Assembly: GCA_017446155.1 (NCBI GenBank)
Contig: JAFSRI010000045.1
Coordinates: 16,704-80,703, forward strand
Reading direction: 5' to 3'
Source: Clostridia bacterium
GTDB lineage: Bacteria > Bacillota > Clostridia > Oscillospirales > CAG-272
DNA: 64,000 bases
The notes under the pieces are model-generated. The model made no database searches. It saw only the letters and a list, made by a program, of their open reading frames with translations, and was not told the DNA's origin. How positions within the stretch are numbered: position 1 is the first letter of the stretch; each line of letters begins with the position of its first letter. Made by a program: the position numbers and the translations under genes. Shown here in pieces: positions 35,795 to 44,538 of this stretch.

Positions 35795-36028
35795 ACTTTA
35801 TATAGGGAATTTAAAATGCTAAATGGCAAAAATCAACCGCAGCTCTCTCGGTGCGGTTTAACGTTTATCTATCAAACGTATAAAGTAAACGCTTTGAAGA
35901 AACAAATTTAAAATGCACGGCACTTATTCCCCCGAAAACAGAATTTACCGAAACGGAATTTCACTGAAAAGATGATTTTTTGTTCCAGGAGATAAAACAA
36001 AGTTATTACAACAGCGAGGAAATGCAGA

Positions 36029-37690
36029 ATGGGATATACTGTAATTGACGGAAATCTTTTCGCCGAAATGGTGCGCGAGGGCGCGGCAAATCTTAAAGCA
36101 AACAAGCAGATCGTAAACGACCTTAACGTCTTCCCTATTCCGGACGGTGACACGGGCGATAATATGTTTATGACGATCGATTCCGGCGCGACGGCGGTCG
36201 GCTCGGAACACGGCGGCTCGCTCGGTTCTGCCGCGGCGAAAGTCGCACAGGGGATGCTGCTCGGCGCAAGAGGCAATTCCGGCGTTATTCTTTCCAGATT
36301 TTTCGCGGGTATATCAAAAAGCCTTGAAAACGTAGAGTCGGCAGACGTTAAAACGCTTCACCGCGCGTTTGAAAAAGGTGTGGGCGAGGCATACGGCGCG
36401 GTATCTGTTCCGGTAGAGGGAACGATACTTACCGTGTTCAAAGACGCCGTCCGTTTTGCGGGGCTGAACATAAATGACAAAAGCACGTATGAAACATATT
36501 TTGCAGATTTTCTCGATGAACTGAGAAAATCGCTTGACAGAACGCCCGACCTGTTGCCCGTTCTTAAAAACGCGGGCGTCGTTGACAGCGGCGGCGCGGG
36601 ATTTGTCTATATTGCTGAAGGAATGAAAAACGTAATAGACGGAACGTCCATCGGAGAGAAACATCCGGAAGAGGCGGCGACAACGACAAAAAAATCGGTT
36701 GACGTTTCAAAATTCACCGAGGACAGTGTTTTGGAATTCGGCTATTGCACGGAATTTTTGCTCCGCTTGCAAAATGCGAAAATCGACGTTTCGTCGTTCA
36801 ATATAGGTGAACTTACAGACTATCTCAACAGCGTGGGTAACTCCGTCGTCGCGTTCAAAGACGGGACGATCGTTAAAGTTCACGTACATACGATGACCCC
36901 GGGCGAGGTGCTCAATCACTGCCAGCAATACGGCGAATTTCTGACGCTGAAAATAGAAAACATGACCTTGCAGCACAGCGAGGTAAAAATAGAAAACAGA
37001 TACACCCCGGCAGTTTCAAAACCGCGCAAAAAATACGGCGTGGTGAGCGTCGCCGCAGGCAAAGGAATAAAAGAGACGTTTCTCTCTCTCGGTTGCGACG
37101 AGGTCGTTGACGGCGGGCAAAGCATGAACCCGTCGGCTGAGGATTTTATACATGCGTTCGACAACATAAACGCCGAAACGATATTTGTTTTCCCGAACAA
37201 CGGCAATATCATAATGACGGCAAATCAGGCGGCGTCGATTTATGAAAAAGCGGAGGTAGTCGTTATACCAAGCAAGACGATAGGCGAAGGATACGCCGCT
37301 ATATCGATGTTCGACGGTACGACCGAAACAAAAGAGCAGATAACCGACGAGATGAACGAAATAATCGCGGGGGTAGTAACCGGCATCGTATCAAAAGCCG
37401 TACGCGACACCGAAAAAGACGGGGTAAACGTCCGTCAGGGCGATTATATCGGTTTTGTAGGCAGCAAGATATACCTCGACGAACCGGATAAAAACACTGC
37501 GGCGATAGATCTTGCTCGGGCACTCGGCGCGGGGACATACGACATTGCAATCGTCGTTTGCGGCGAGGACGTTACAGAAGAAGAGGCAGGCGCGCTTTAC
37601 GCCGCGATGGGCGAAACGTTCAAACGCACGGAAACGATAATGATAGACGGCGGCCAGCCGATCTACGATTATATAATAATTCTCGAATAA
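36029..37690 (+). CDS. fakA: DAK2-domain protein YloV/FakA (fatty acid kinase catalytic subunit family)
   Basis: 553-aa ORF with a GAGGAAA RBS. The N-terminus IDGNLFAEMVREGAANL, LNVFPIPDGDTGDNM and GARGNSGVILS is the hallmark of YloV/FakA proteins. Confidence 0.85.
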   Translation: MGYTVIDGNLFAEMVREGAANLKANKQIVNDLNVFPIPDGDTGDNMFMTIDSGATAVGSEHGGSLGSAAAKVAQGMLLGARGNSGVILSRFFAGISKSLENVESADVKTLHRAFEKGVGEAYGAVSVPVEGTILTVFKDAVRFAGLNINDKSTYETYFADFLDELRKSLDRTPDLLPVLKNAGVVDSGGAGFVYIAEGMKNVIDGTSIGEKHPEEAATTTKKSVDVSKFTEDSVLEFGYCTEFLLRLQNAKIDVSSFNIGELTDYLNSVGNSVVAFKDGTIVKVHVHTMTPGEVLNHCQQYGEFLTLKIENMTLQHSEVKIENRYTPAVSKPRKKYGVVSVAAGKGIKETFLSLGCDEVVDGGQSMNPSAEDFIHAFDNINAETIFVFPNNGNIIMTANQAASIYEKAEVVVIPSKTIGEGYAAISMFDGTTETKEQITDEMNEIIAGVVTGIVSKAVRDTEKDGVNVRQGDYIGFVGSKIYLDEPDKNTAAIDLARALGAGTYDIAIVVCGEDVTEEEAGALYAAMGETFKRTETIMIDGGQPIYDYIIILE

Positions 37691-37709
37691 TTTTCAGGAG
37701 GAACAAAAT

Positions 37710-38579
37710 ATGCTCGTTTTATTTGCAGACACAGACAGTGACATCACCCAGAAAGTAGCCGAAGAGCTTGGTTACAAAATAATAAGCATGCCGTACAGTA
37801 TTGACGGCAAAACAATATATCCTTACGAGGATTTCACCGAATTTGACGAAAAGCCGTTCTATAATATGCTTCGCGGCGGAACAATTCCCACCACAAGCGC
37901 AATAAGCGTTGAAAGATATAAACAATACTTCGAGCCCGTTTTCGCCAACGGAGACGACATATTCTATGTTCATTTTTCAAGAGCAATGTCGGCAAGTTTT
38001 GAAGTTATGGATAAAGCGGTGGCGGAGCTCAAAGAGAAATATCCCGAAAGAAATTTCTATGAGATAGACACAAAGGGTATATCGATCCTCACTCTTTCAA
38101 TTATTTACGAGGTAAGCGACCTTGTAAAAGCCGGTAAAACACCGGATGAGATTCTCGAATGGGCAAAGACGGAAGTTGATAAATTTGCGGTTTATTTCTT
38201 TGCCGACGATCTCAAATTCTTCAAGCGCAGCGGAAGAGTCAGCGGTCTTGCGGCTACAATGGGAACGATGCTCGGCATCCGTCCGATAATCTATATGAAC
38301 GCCGAGGGCAAGATGGTCAGCATCGGCAAAGAAAAAGGCAGAACAAAAGCGTTCGAGCGCCTGCTCAGTTACGTTGAACAGCTCGGTGACGACGTAAAAG
38401 GTCACCGCGTATTTATCGCGCACGCCGACGCCCCCGATTTTGCACAAGAGATGGAATCTCTTCTCAAAGCGAAGTTCGGCGACGACCTTGAAGTTATAAC
38501 GGTCATTGTCAATCCGACGATCGGCTGTCATTGCGGCCCGAACTCAATGGGCGTATGCTTCCATGCAATTCACAGATAA
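37710..38579 (+). CDS. DegV family fatty-acid-binding protein (FakB-type)
   Basis: 289-aa ORF with an AGGAGGA RBS, 19 nt after fakA. DTDSDI, TTSAISV and RSGRVSG segments are typical of the DegV family. Confidence 0.85.
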   Translation: MLVLFADTDSDITQKVAEELGYKIISMPYSIDGKTIYPYEDFTEFDEKPFYNMLRGGTIPTTSAISVERYKQYFEPVFANGDDIFYVHFSRAMSASFEVMDKAVAELKEKYPERNFYEIDTKGISILTLSIIYEVSDLVKAGKTPDEILEWAKTEVDKFAVYFFADDLKFFKRSGRVSGLAATMGTMLGIRPIIYMNAEGKMVSIGKEKGRTKAFERLLSYVEQLGDDVKGHRVFIAHADAPDFAQEMESLLKAKFGDDLEVITVIVNPTIGCHCGPNSMGVCFHAIHR

Positions 38580-38591
38580 ACGGTGTAAAAT

Positions 38592-39743
38592 ATGATAAAA
38601 GTCTGCAAAGTAACGACAAAAAAACAACAACGGGAATTCTTGCAATTCCCGCTTAAAATGTATAAAGACAATCCGTATTTCGTGCCGCCGCTTTACGGCG
38701 ACGAAAAGAAGATGTTCCGCGATGATTTCGTGTATAACGACACGTGCAAATCGATATATTTCAACGCTTATGACGACGGCGTCATGGTTGGAAGAATATC
38801 GGGGATTATTCAAAGCGCGTCAAACGAAAAGAACAATGAAAAACGCGTAAGATTCACAAGATTTGATTCGATAGACGATCAGCGGGTGGCGGACGCGCTT
38901 TTCGCCGCGGTTGAAAAATGGGCAGTCGGGCAAGGTATGGACACCGCCTGCGGCCCGCTCGGTTTTTCGGACCTTGAACGCGAGGGGTTACTCGTTGAAG
39001 GGTTTGATCAACTTTCAACGTTTGAAGAGCAGTATAACGCCGAATACTATGGCAGGCTCATCGAAAATTGCGGCTATGAAAAAGAAGTCGATTGGGTGGA
39101 AAGCAAAATATATCTGCCGGACGAGCCGGACGAGCAGCTTGAAAAAATGGCGAATTATATCATGAGCAGATATAATCTCCATTTCGGGAAAGCGAAAAAC
39201 GTCCGCGATTTCGTAAAGAAATACGGCGACGAGTTTTTTGAATTGCTCGACGTTGCATACGCCGACCTTTACGGCACGGTGCCGTTTACCGACGGAATGA
39301 AAAAAATGATGATAGCAAATTTCTATCTCATAATCGACTTAAAACATGTTGCTGTCATTCTTGACGAAAACGAAAAAGTCGTTTGCCTCGGCATTTGTTT
39401 CCCGTCGATAGCAAAAGCGGTGCAAAAATCCGGCGGAAAACTTACGCCCGCGGCGATTATAAAACTTTTTCGCGCAATAAAACACCCGAAGATACTCGAT
39501 CTGGGGCTTGTTGCTGTGTTGCCGGAATACATGAATCGCGGTATCAGCACGGCAATATCGGCAGGACTTATGAATATGTTAAAAGAGGACGGCATAGAAT
39601 ATGCGGAAACGAACCTCAATCTTGAAACAAACTTTTCCATTCAAAACCAGTGGAAGAGATTTAAGGCAATTCAGCATAAACGCCGCCGTTCATACATAAA
39701 AAAACTGACGGAAGGAGATACAAGCGATGAAAGTATTGGTTGA
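38592..39743 (+). CDS. GNAT-fold acyltransferase-like protein of unknown substrate
   Basis: 383-aa ORF, 12 nt after degV. Its end overlaps the plsX start by 17 nt. A GNAT motif-A-like segment LGLVAVLPEYMNRGISTAISAGL lies in the C-terminal lobe. Its length suggests a two-lobed GNAT architecture. Confidence 0.6.
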   Translation: MIKVCKVTTKKQQREFLQFPLKMYKDNPYFVPPLYGDEKKMFRDDFVYNDTCKSIYFNAYDDGVMVGRISGIIQSASNEKNNEKRVRFTRFDSIDDQRVADALFAAVEKWAVGQGMDTACGPLGFSDLEREGLLVEGFDQLSTFEEQYNAEYYGRLIENCGYEKEVDWVESKIYLPDEPDEQLEKMANYIMSRYNLHFGKAKNVRDFVKKYGDEFFELLDVAYADLYGTVPFTDGMKKMMIANFYLIIDLKHVAVILDENEKVVCLGICFPSIAKAVQKSGGKLTPAAIIKLFRAIKHPKILDLGLVAVLPEYMNRGISTAISAGLMNMLKEDGIEYAETNLNLETNFSIQNQWKRFKAIQHKRRRSYIKKLTEGDTSDESIG

Positions 39744-40755
39744 TTGCGCCGGCGGCGATAAAAGCCCGCAGGCAAACGTCGAGGGTGCTCTCATAGCGCT
39801 CGGCAACTTCGACGATCTTTCGGTCATTCTCGTCGGCGACGAACAGCTGATAAAAACAGAGCTTGAAAGGCTCGGCTGTGCGGTAAACGAAAGAATAGAA
39901 ATCGTTCACGCGCCGGGCGTCATCACGGGTGAAGACATTCCTACCGACGCCATAAGACTGAAAAAAGATAGCTCGATGATAAAGTCAATCTCCATGCTTC
40001 GTGAAAACGACGATATAGCCGGTCTGGTTTCAACGGGCGCCACGGGTTCTCTTGTTGCCGCCGCGACGATGAGAATAGGTCGCATACGCGGCATAAGACG
40101 TCCGGCATTCTGCCCGATACTCCCCACGATGAACGGCGGCATCGTCGGCATTTGCGACAGCGGCGCAAACGTCGATATAACACCCGAACAGCTTGTACAG
40201 TTTGCCGTAATGGGAAGCAGATTTCTTGAAAGTGTGTACGGTATAGAAAACCCACGCGTGGCAATGCTCAACATAGGAGTTGAAACCGAAAAGGGCGACG
40301 ATCTGCGAAGAACGGCATATCCTATGCTCAAAGAAACCCCAACTATAAATTTCGTCGGCAATATGGAAAGCCGCGATCTTCTCACCGGCAAATACGATCT
40401 TGTCGTCTGCGACGGCTTTTCGGGCAACGTCTTAGCAAAAACCACCGAAGGAACGGCTATGGAAATGCTGAAAATGATAAAGCGGGATATTTATTCAAAA
40501 GCCATATATAAATTCGGCGCGCTTTTCATGAAGAAAATGTTTAAAAAAGAAAAGGACTTCATGAATTATCAGAATTACGGCGGCAGCGTCCTTATCGGAG
40601 CCGAGAAAGTTGTTGTCAAAGGTCACGGCAGCAGTAATGCGACAGCCGTTTCAAAGTGCATAGAGCAGGCATACAGAATGACGCTCGGCGGAATGAACGA
40701 AAAAATATCCGAGTCGCTGGCCGCGATAGAGGCGGCAAAGCACCCGGCTGAATAA
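39727..40755 (+). CDS. plsX: Phosphate acyltransferase PlsX
   Basis: 342-aa ORF with a GGAGA RBS. MKVLVDCAGGDKSP, LVSTGATGSL, VCDGFSGNVLAKT and GHGSSNA are family hallmarks. Confidence 0.9.
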   Translation: MKVLVDCAGGDKSPQANVEGALIALGNFDDLSVILVGDEQLIKTELERLGCAVNERIEIVHAPGVITGEDIPTDAIRLKKDSSMIKSISMLRENDDIAGLVSTGATGSLVAAATMRIGRIRGIRRPAFCPILPTMNGGIVGICDSGANVDITPEQLVQFAVMGSRFLESVYGIENPRVAMLNIGVETEKGDDLRRTAYPMLKETPTINFVGNMESRDLLTGKYDLVVCDGFSGNVLAKTTEGTAMEMLKMIKRDIYSKAIYKFGALFMKKMFKKEKDFMNYQNYGGSVLIGAEKVVVKGHGSSNATAVSKCIEQAYRMTLGGMNEKISESLAAIEAAKHPAE

Positions 40756-40772
40756 AGAAAGGAACACACGCA

Positions 40773-41006
40773 ATGTTTGAATCCGTAAAGAAAATACTTA
40801 TTGAACAGCTCAAACTCGAAGACGGAGTTGAAGTTACTCCCTCGTCAAGAATCAAAGCCGATCTCGGCGCCGATTCGCTCGACATTCTTCAACTGCTTAT
40901 GACTATCGAAGACGAATACAACGTAAGAATACCCGACGAGGCGCTCGCAAAATTCGACACTGTTGAGGACGTTTGCAATTATCTTGAAACACTTGAAAAG
41001 AAATAA
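40773..41006 (+). CDS. acpP: Acyl carrier protein
   Basis: 77-aa ORF with an AAGGAACA RBS. The phosphopantetheine attachment motif is LGADSLDILQLLMTIEDEY. Confidence 0.9.
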   Translation: MFESVKKILIEQLKLEDGVEVTPSSRIKADLGADSLDILQLLMTIEDEYNVRIPDEALAKFDTVEDVCNYLETLEKK

Positions 41007-41014
41007 AAAGCAAT

Positions 41015-41049
41015 AAAACGGCAGGGGCAAATTCCCCCGCCGTTTTTTC
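41015..41049 (+). terminator. Intrinsic terminator after acpP
   Basis: GC-rich stem ACGGC(A)GGGG pairs with CCCCGCCGT (41018-41043, one bulge). It is followed by TTTTTT. Confidence 0.75.
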
Positions 41050-41249
41050 ATAAGGACGCTTTATAATAAAATGTGCTTTTGCATATCAAGCGCAAAGTCT
41101 TTTCCTCTTAAATTGCGAAAAATAAAGCTCGTCGGTTGATTTTCAGGGTTTTAAAAACTTAATTATTCTTATATTTATAATACAATCCGCATCAAAAACC
41201 TATTTTCCGCGCGCTTTGTTTTCGTCGTTTTAATAATTTGGCAACAAAG

Positions 41250-41291
41250 CAAAGATCCGAGAGTTGTTCTCTCTCGGATCGCTTTTTTATT
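41250..41291. terminator. Hairpin terminator downstream of the minus-strand ydcF-isomerase pair
   Basis: Perfect 10-bp stem GATCCGAGAG (41254-41263) pairs with CTCTCGGATC (41271-41280). T-rich runs lie on both sides. Confidence 0.65.
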
Positions 41292-42219
41292 ATTTTTCTT
41301 CCCACAAGCCGTACATCTGCATCATATATTTGCAAATTTCAAACAGCATTTCATCAGCCATTTTTCTTATTTTAAACGGTATTGGTTTTAAATTCAGCGT
41401 CGGCTCTCCGTTAAGACTGAAATCGCGGTGTCCGCGGCGGTTTGGGGTGTCGGTTTCGGTTGAAAACGTTCCCTTATAGTCAATATCGATTAGCGCCTGA
41501 ATGAAAGCGTCAAAATTCACGTTGCCGAAAAGCGGAAAGTTGTGTCCGTCAGGTGTAAAAAGTCCGTCCGGCTCGCTTATAGGATAGAGATTGTCATGAA
41601 TATGTACCGCGCGCAGATGATCGCCGAGCTTTACAACGTTTTCATATTGATTGAGGCGTGTAAGATTTGCATGGCCTGTATCCCAACAGGCGTGAATATG
41701 CGGGTGAGAGAAAGCGTTTATAACTTTAAGCAGGTCGTCGGCGTCAAAGCAGTAAGAATCTTTTTCGGTATATCCGCCGAGGTTTTCAAAACAAAGGTCA
41801 ACGCCATATTCTTCGAGCAACGGCAAAAATCGGCTGAAATACTTAACGTTTTCTTCCACGTAACTTTCTCTTGTGCACCCTTTTATATGGAACAAATGCA
41901 CGACAAGCGACGGTATCCCGAAATATCCGCAAAGAATAATACATTGTTTGAGTTGCCTATCGAACTCATCGCCGGCTTGGTCAATATATGCCACTATCGG
42001 CGCGTGAGCCTGCCCGAATATCATGCCACGTTGCGTCATTTTTGCCTTTACGCGCTTTGCGGGCATTTTCCAATTTTCCGAAAGAAGCGCCGCGTCGTAT
42101 TTGCTGTCGAGCGAAAGATCGAGCGCGGTATATCCCATATCGGCGTAATAGTCGATAAGGTCGCACAAATCTTGTATGAAAAAGTGCGTGTATCCGCCTG
42201 TACCTACCGAAATTCTCAT
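41290..42219 (-). CDS. Sugar phosphate isomerase/epimerase (xylose isomerase-like TIM barrel)
   Basis: 309-aa ORF. Its AAGGAGG RBS overlaps the end of the upstream ydcF-like gene. VVHLF, CFENLGG, CWDTGHANL and HIHDN follow the family pattern. Confidence 0.75.
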   Translation of the reverse strand: MRISVGTGGYTHFFIQDLCDLIDYYADMGYTALDLSLDSKYDAALLSENWKMPAKRVKAKMTQRGMIFGQAHAPIVAYIDQAGDEFDRQLKQCIILCGYFGIPSLVVHLFHIKGCTRESYVEENVKYFSRFLPLLEEYGVDLCFENLGGYTEKDSYCFDADDLLKVINAFSHPHIHACWDTGHANLTRLNQYENVVKLGDHLRAVHIHDNLYPISEPDGLFTPDGHNFPLFGNVNFDAFIQALIDIDYKGTFSTETDTPNRRGHRDFSLNGEPTLNLKPIPFKIRKMADEMLFEICKYMMQMYGLWEEK

Positions 42220-42232
42220 GTTTTGTCCTCCT

Positions 42233-42844
42233 TTATTTTATAAACAACGTTACAATAAAATCTTTTGTTCGTGCAATCACTTCGCGCACATCGCGGAACG
42301 TCTGCCCCGCATATGTGTGCAAGTCCGCCCCCACGCCGTATGCGTCAACGCCAAGCCTTTGCGCGATGAACATCGCCCGATAAAGATGATATTTTTGCGT
42401 TACTATCAATATTCTTTTCGCGCCGAACTCTTCTCTTGCGCGCCTGACGCTTTCATAGGTGGAAACGCCGTATCTGTCGCCGATTATATCCTCTTCTCTT
42501 ACCCCATGTTCAAGGCAAAAGTTTATCATGGGCGTTATCTCGTCATATCCGTCACGAGCGCCGTCGCCGCTGAGAAGAATTTTTACGCCGTCACATTCGC
42601 CGTATACCTCGCAGCCGCGCCTTAGTCTGTCGCGCAGCATATCGCTCGGCGTACCGTCCGGTTTTACACCGCAACCGAGGATCAGTATATAATCTACGTT
42701 TTCGATATTTGACGCTTCCTCGACAAATATTATGCGCTCTCTCACCGCATTAACAGTGAATACGTTCGCCGCAAGCACGACGCCGCCGCACACAAGAGCA
42801 ATGCACAGCGCGAATATCAAAATGATTTTTGTGTGTTTTTTCAT
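42233..42844 (-). CDS. ElyC/SanA/YdcF (DUF218) family membrane-anchored protein
   Basis: 203-aa ORF with an AGAGGTG RBS and an N-terminal TM anchor. The DUF218-type core has YILILGCGVKPDGTPSDML, ILLSGDG and VTQKYHLYRA. Confidence 0.7.
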   Translation of the reverse strand: MKKHTKIILIFALCIALVCGGVVLAANVFTVNAVRERIIFVEEASNIENVDYILILGCGVKPDGTPSDMLRDRLRRGCEVYGECDGVKILLSGDGARDGYDEITPMINFCLEHGVREEDIIGDRYGVSTYESVRRAREEFGAKRILIVTQKYHLYRAMFIAQRLGVDAYGVGADLHTYAGQTFRDVREVIARTKDFIVTLFIK

Positions 42845-42951
42845 TTTGCACCTCTGCTTTTATTTTATATTATGCGCGGCAAAGTGTCAATACATCTTGA
42901 CGGTAATATTTTTTTGTGATAAAGTATTTTTTGTTATCGGAGGAATTAAAG

Positions 42952-43740
42952 ATGCTTAAAAAATATGATCTTCACACGCATACGTTTTTCAGCGACGGGA
43001 AATTTTCGCCCGAGGAGATGATCCTCTCCGCTATCGACCACGGCTTTGCCGCTATCGGCATCACCGACCACGCCTACGCCGGGGATGAGGTAAGCTGGTG
43101 GATGTCAAAAGAAAAAACGAAAGAGTATATTTCCCTCATTCCGCAACTGAAAGAAAAATATAAAGATAAAATAACCGTTCTTCTCGGCACTGAATTTGAC
43201 GCGTTCTCACTCGGTTCTCTCGACCCTTACGATTATGTAATAGGCTCGGTGCATTTTGTCGAAAAGAACGGCAAGTGGTGGCCCATCGACAGCACAAAGG
43301 AAGAACAGGCTGAGGGCATTAACGCATTCGGCGGCGATCCATACGCTTTTTGTAAAGAATACTATCGGTTGCTCAAAAAGTTTGCCGATGTACCAAAAAT
43401 AAAAATCGTAGGACACTTTGATCTCCTTGAAAAATTCAACGAAAACAACGACGTTTTCGACAGAACGGACACGCGCTATCTCGATTGTGCCCTCGACGCG
43501 CTTCATACGCTCAACGCCGCCGGCAAAGCGTTTGAAATAAACACCGGCGCCATGTTCCGCGTCGGGCGCTCCACGCCGTATCCAAACGAAATAATACTGA
43601 AAGAACTCGCCCGCATCGGCGGCAGAATTTGCTTCGGCAGCGACGCACATTCGACTAAGGCTGTCGGTTTTAATTTTGACGTTGCGGCGGCGCTTTGTGA
43701 AAAATACGGGCTGAAAACGTTGGAATTGCCGATAGAATAA
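42952..43740 (+). CDS. Histidinol-phosphatase-like PHP family hydrolase (HisJ family)
   Basis: I moved the start to the ATG at 42952, which follows GGAGG. The track start at 42916 has no RBS. YDLHTHTFFSDG, ITDHA, GSVHF, GHFDL and GSDAH form the PHP metal-binding His/Asp pattern. Confidence 0.75.
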   Translation: MLKKYDLHTHTFFSDGKFSPEEMILSAIDHGFAAIGITDHAYAGDEVSWWMSKEKTKEYISLIPQLKEKYKDKITVLLGTEFDAFSLGSLDPYDYVIGSVHFVEKNGKWWPIDSTKEEQAEGINAFGGDPYAFCKEYYRLLKKFADVPKIKIVGHFDLLEKFNENNDVFDRTDTRYLDCALDALHTLNAAGKAFEINTGAMFRVGRSTPYPNEIILKELARIGGRICFGSDAHSTKAVGFNFDVAAALCEKYGLKTLELPIE

Positions 43741-43895
43741 AAACACTATCGTTACCGCTAGCCCGATTGTTTTATAACCTTTCAAGCAAGTGGATTTGAC
43801 GGTTTTCCGAATTACGCTTTTCATTTCAAAATATTTCAAACTCCGCGTGTTATACTAAAAACCAAATAATAAATAACATATTTTCTTAGTTTACA

Positions 43896-43940
43896 AGACA
43901 AAAAGCCCCTGTTACGATAGTTATTTATCATAACAGGGGA
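43896..43940 (-). terminator. Intrinsic terminator of the rplI-dnaB-tilS-hpt string
   Basis: Stem CCCCTGTTA (43906-43914) pairs with TAACAGGGG (43931-43939). On the minus strand it is followed by CTTTTTGTC. Confidence 0.7.
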
Positions 43941-43989
43941 TTATTTACGTTTGCCTTTTACATTTTATAATAGTAACGATTGATCCGGC

Positions 43990-44538
43990 TTATTTTTCAT
44001 AAATTTCGCGTTTCAGTATCCCGACAAACGGCAAAGCGCGGAATTTTTCATCATAATCGAGGCCGTAGCCGATAACAAACTCATCGGGAATTTCAAAGCC
44101 CGAATAGTCGGGCTGAAATTCAACCTCGCGGCGAGAGGGTTTATCGAGCATGGTACAAGTGCGGACGCTTCTCGCGCCTTTTTCTTTGAGATATTTTGCG
44201 AGATACGACAAAGTTTTGCCCGAGTCGATAATATCCTCTATAATCAATATATCGCAGTTGCCCAGGTCCTTGCGGCGAATGTCGAGAATGATGTCAACGA
44301 GTCCCTTCGACGTTGTGCCCGAGCCATATGAGGATACTTTCATAAAGTCGATCTGAACGGGAATCGACAATCGTTTCATAAGATCGCCCATAAACACGAC
44401 CGATCCTTTCAGAATTCCGAGAAGCACAAGATTTTTCCCCTCATAGTCGCGGCTTATATCATCCGCCATGCGGCGCACCGCCGTTTGAATTTCTTCTTCC
44501 GTAATCAAAACTCTTTCAATGCTGTCATTCATTTGCAT
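43990..44538 (-). CDS. hpt: Hypoxanthine phosphoribosyltransferase
   Basis: 182-aa ORF with an AGAGGT RBS. LLGILKGSVVFMGDL and the PRPP loop ILIIEDIIDSGKTL, followed by YGLDYDE, are typical of the enzyme. Confidence 0.9.
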   Translation of the reverse strand: MQMNDSIERVLITEEEIQTAVRRMADDISRDYEGKNLVLLGILKGSVVFMGDLMKRLSIPVQIDFMKVSSYGSGTTSKGLVDIILDIRRKDLGNCDILIIEDIIDSGKTLSYLAKYLKEKGARSVRTCTMLDKPSRREVEFQPDYSGFEIPDEFVIGYGLDYDEKFRALPFVGILKREIYEK

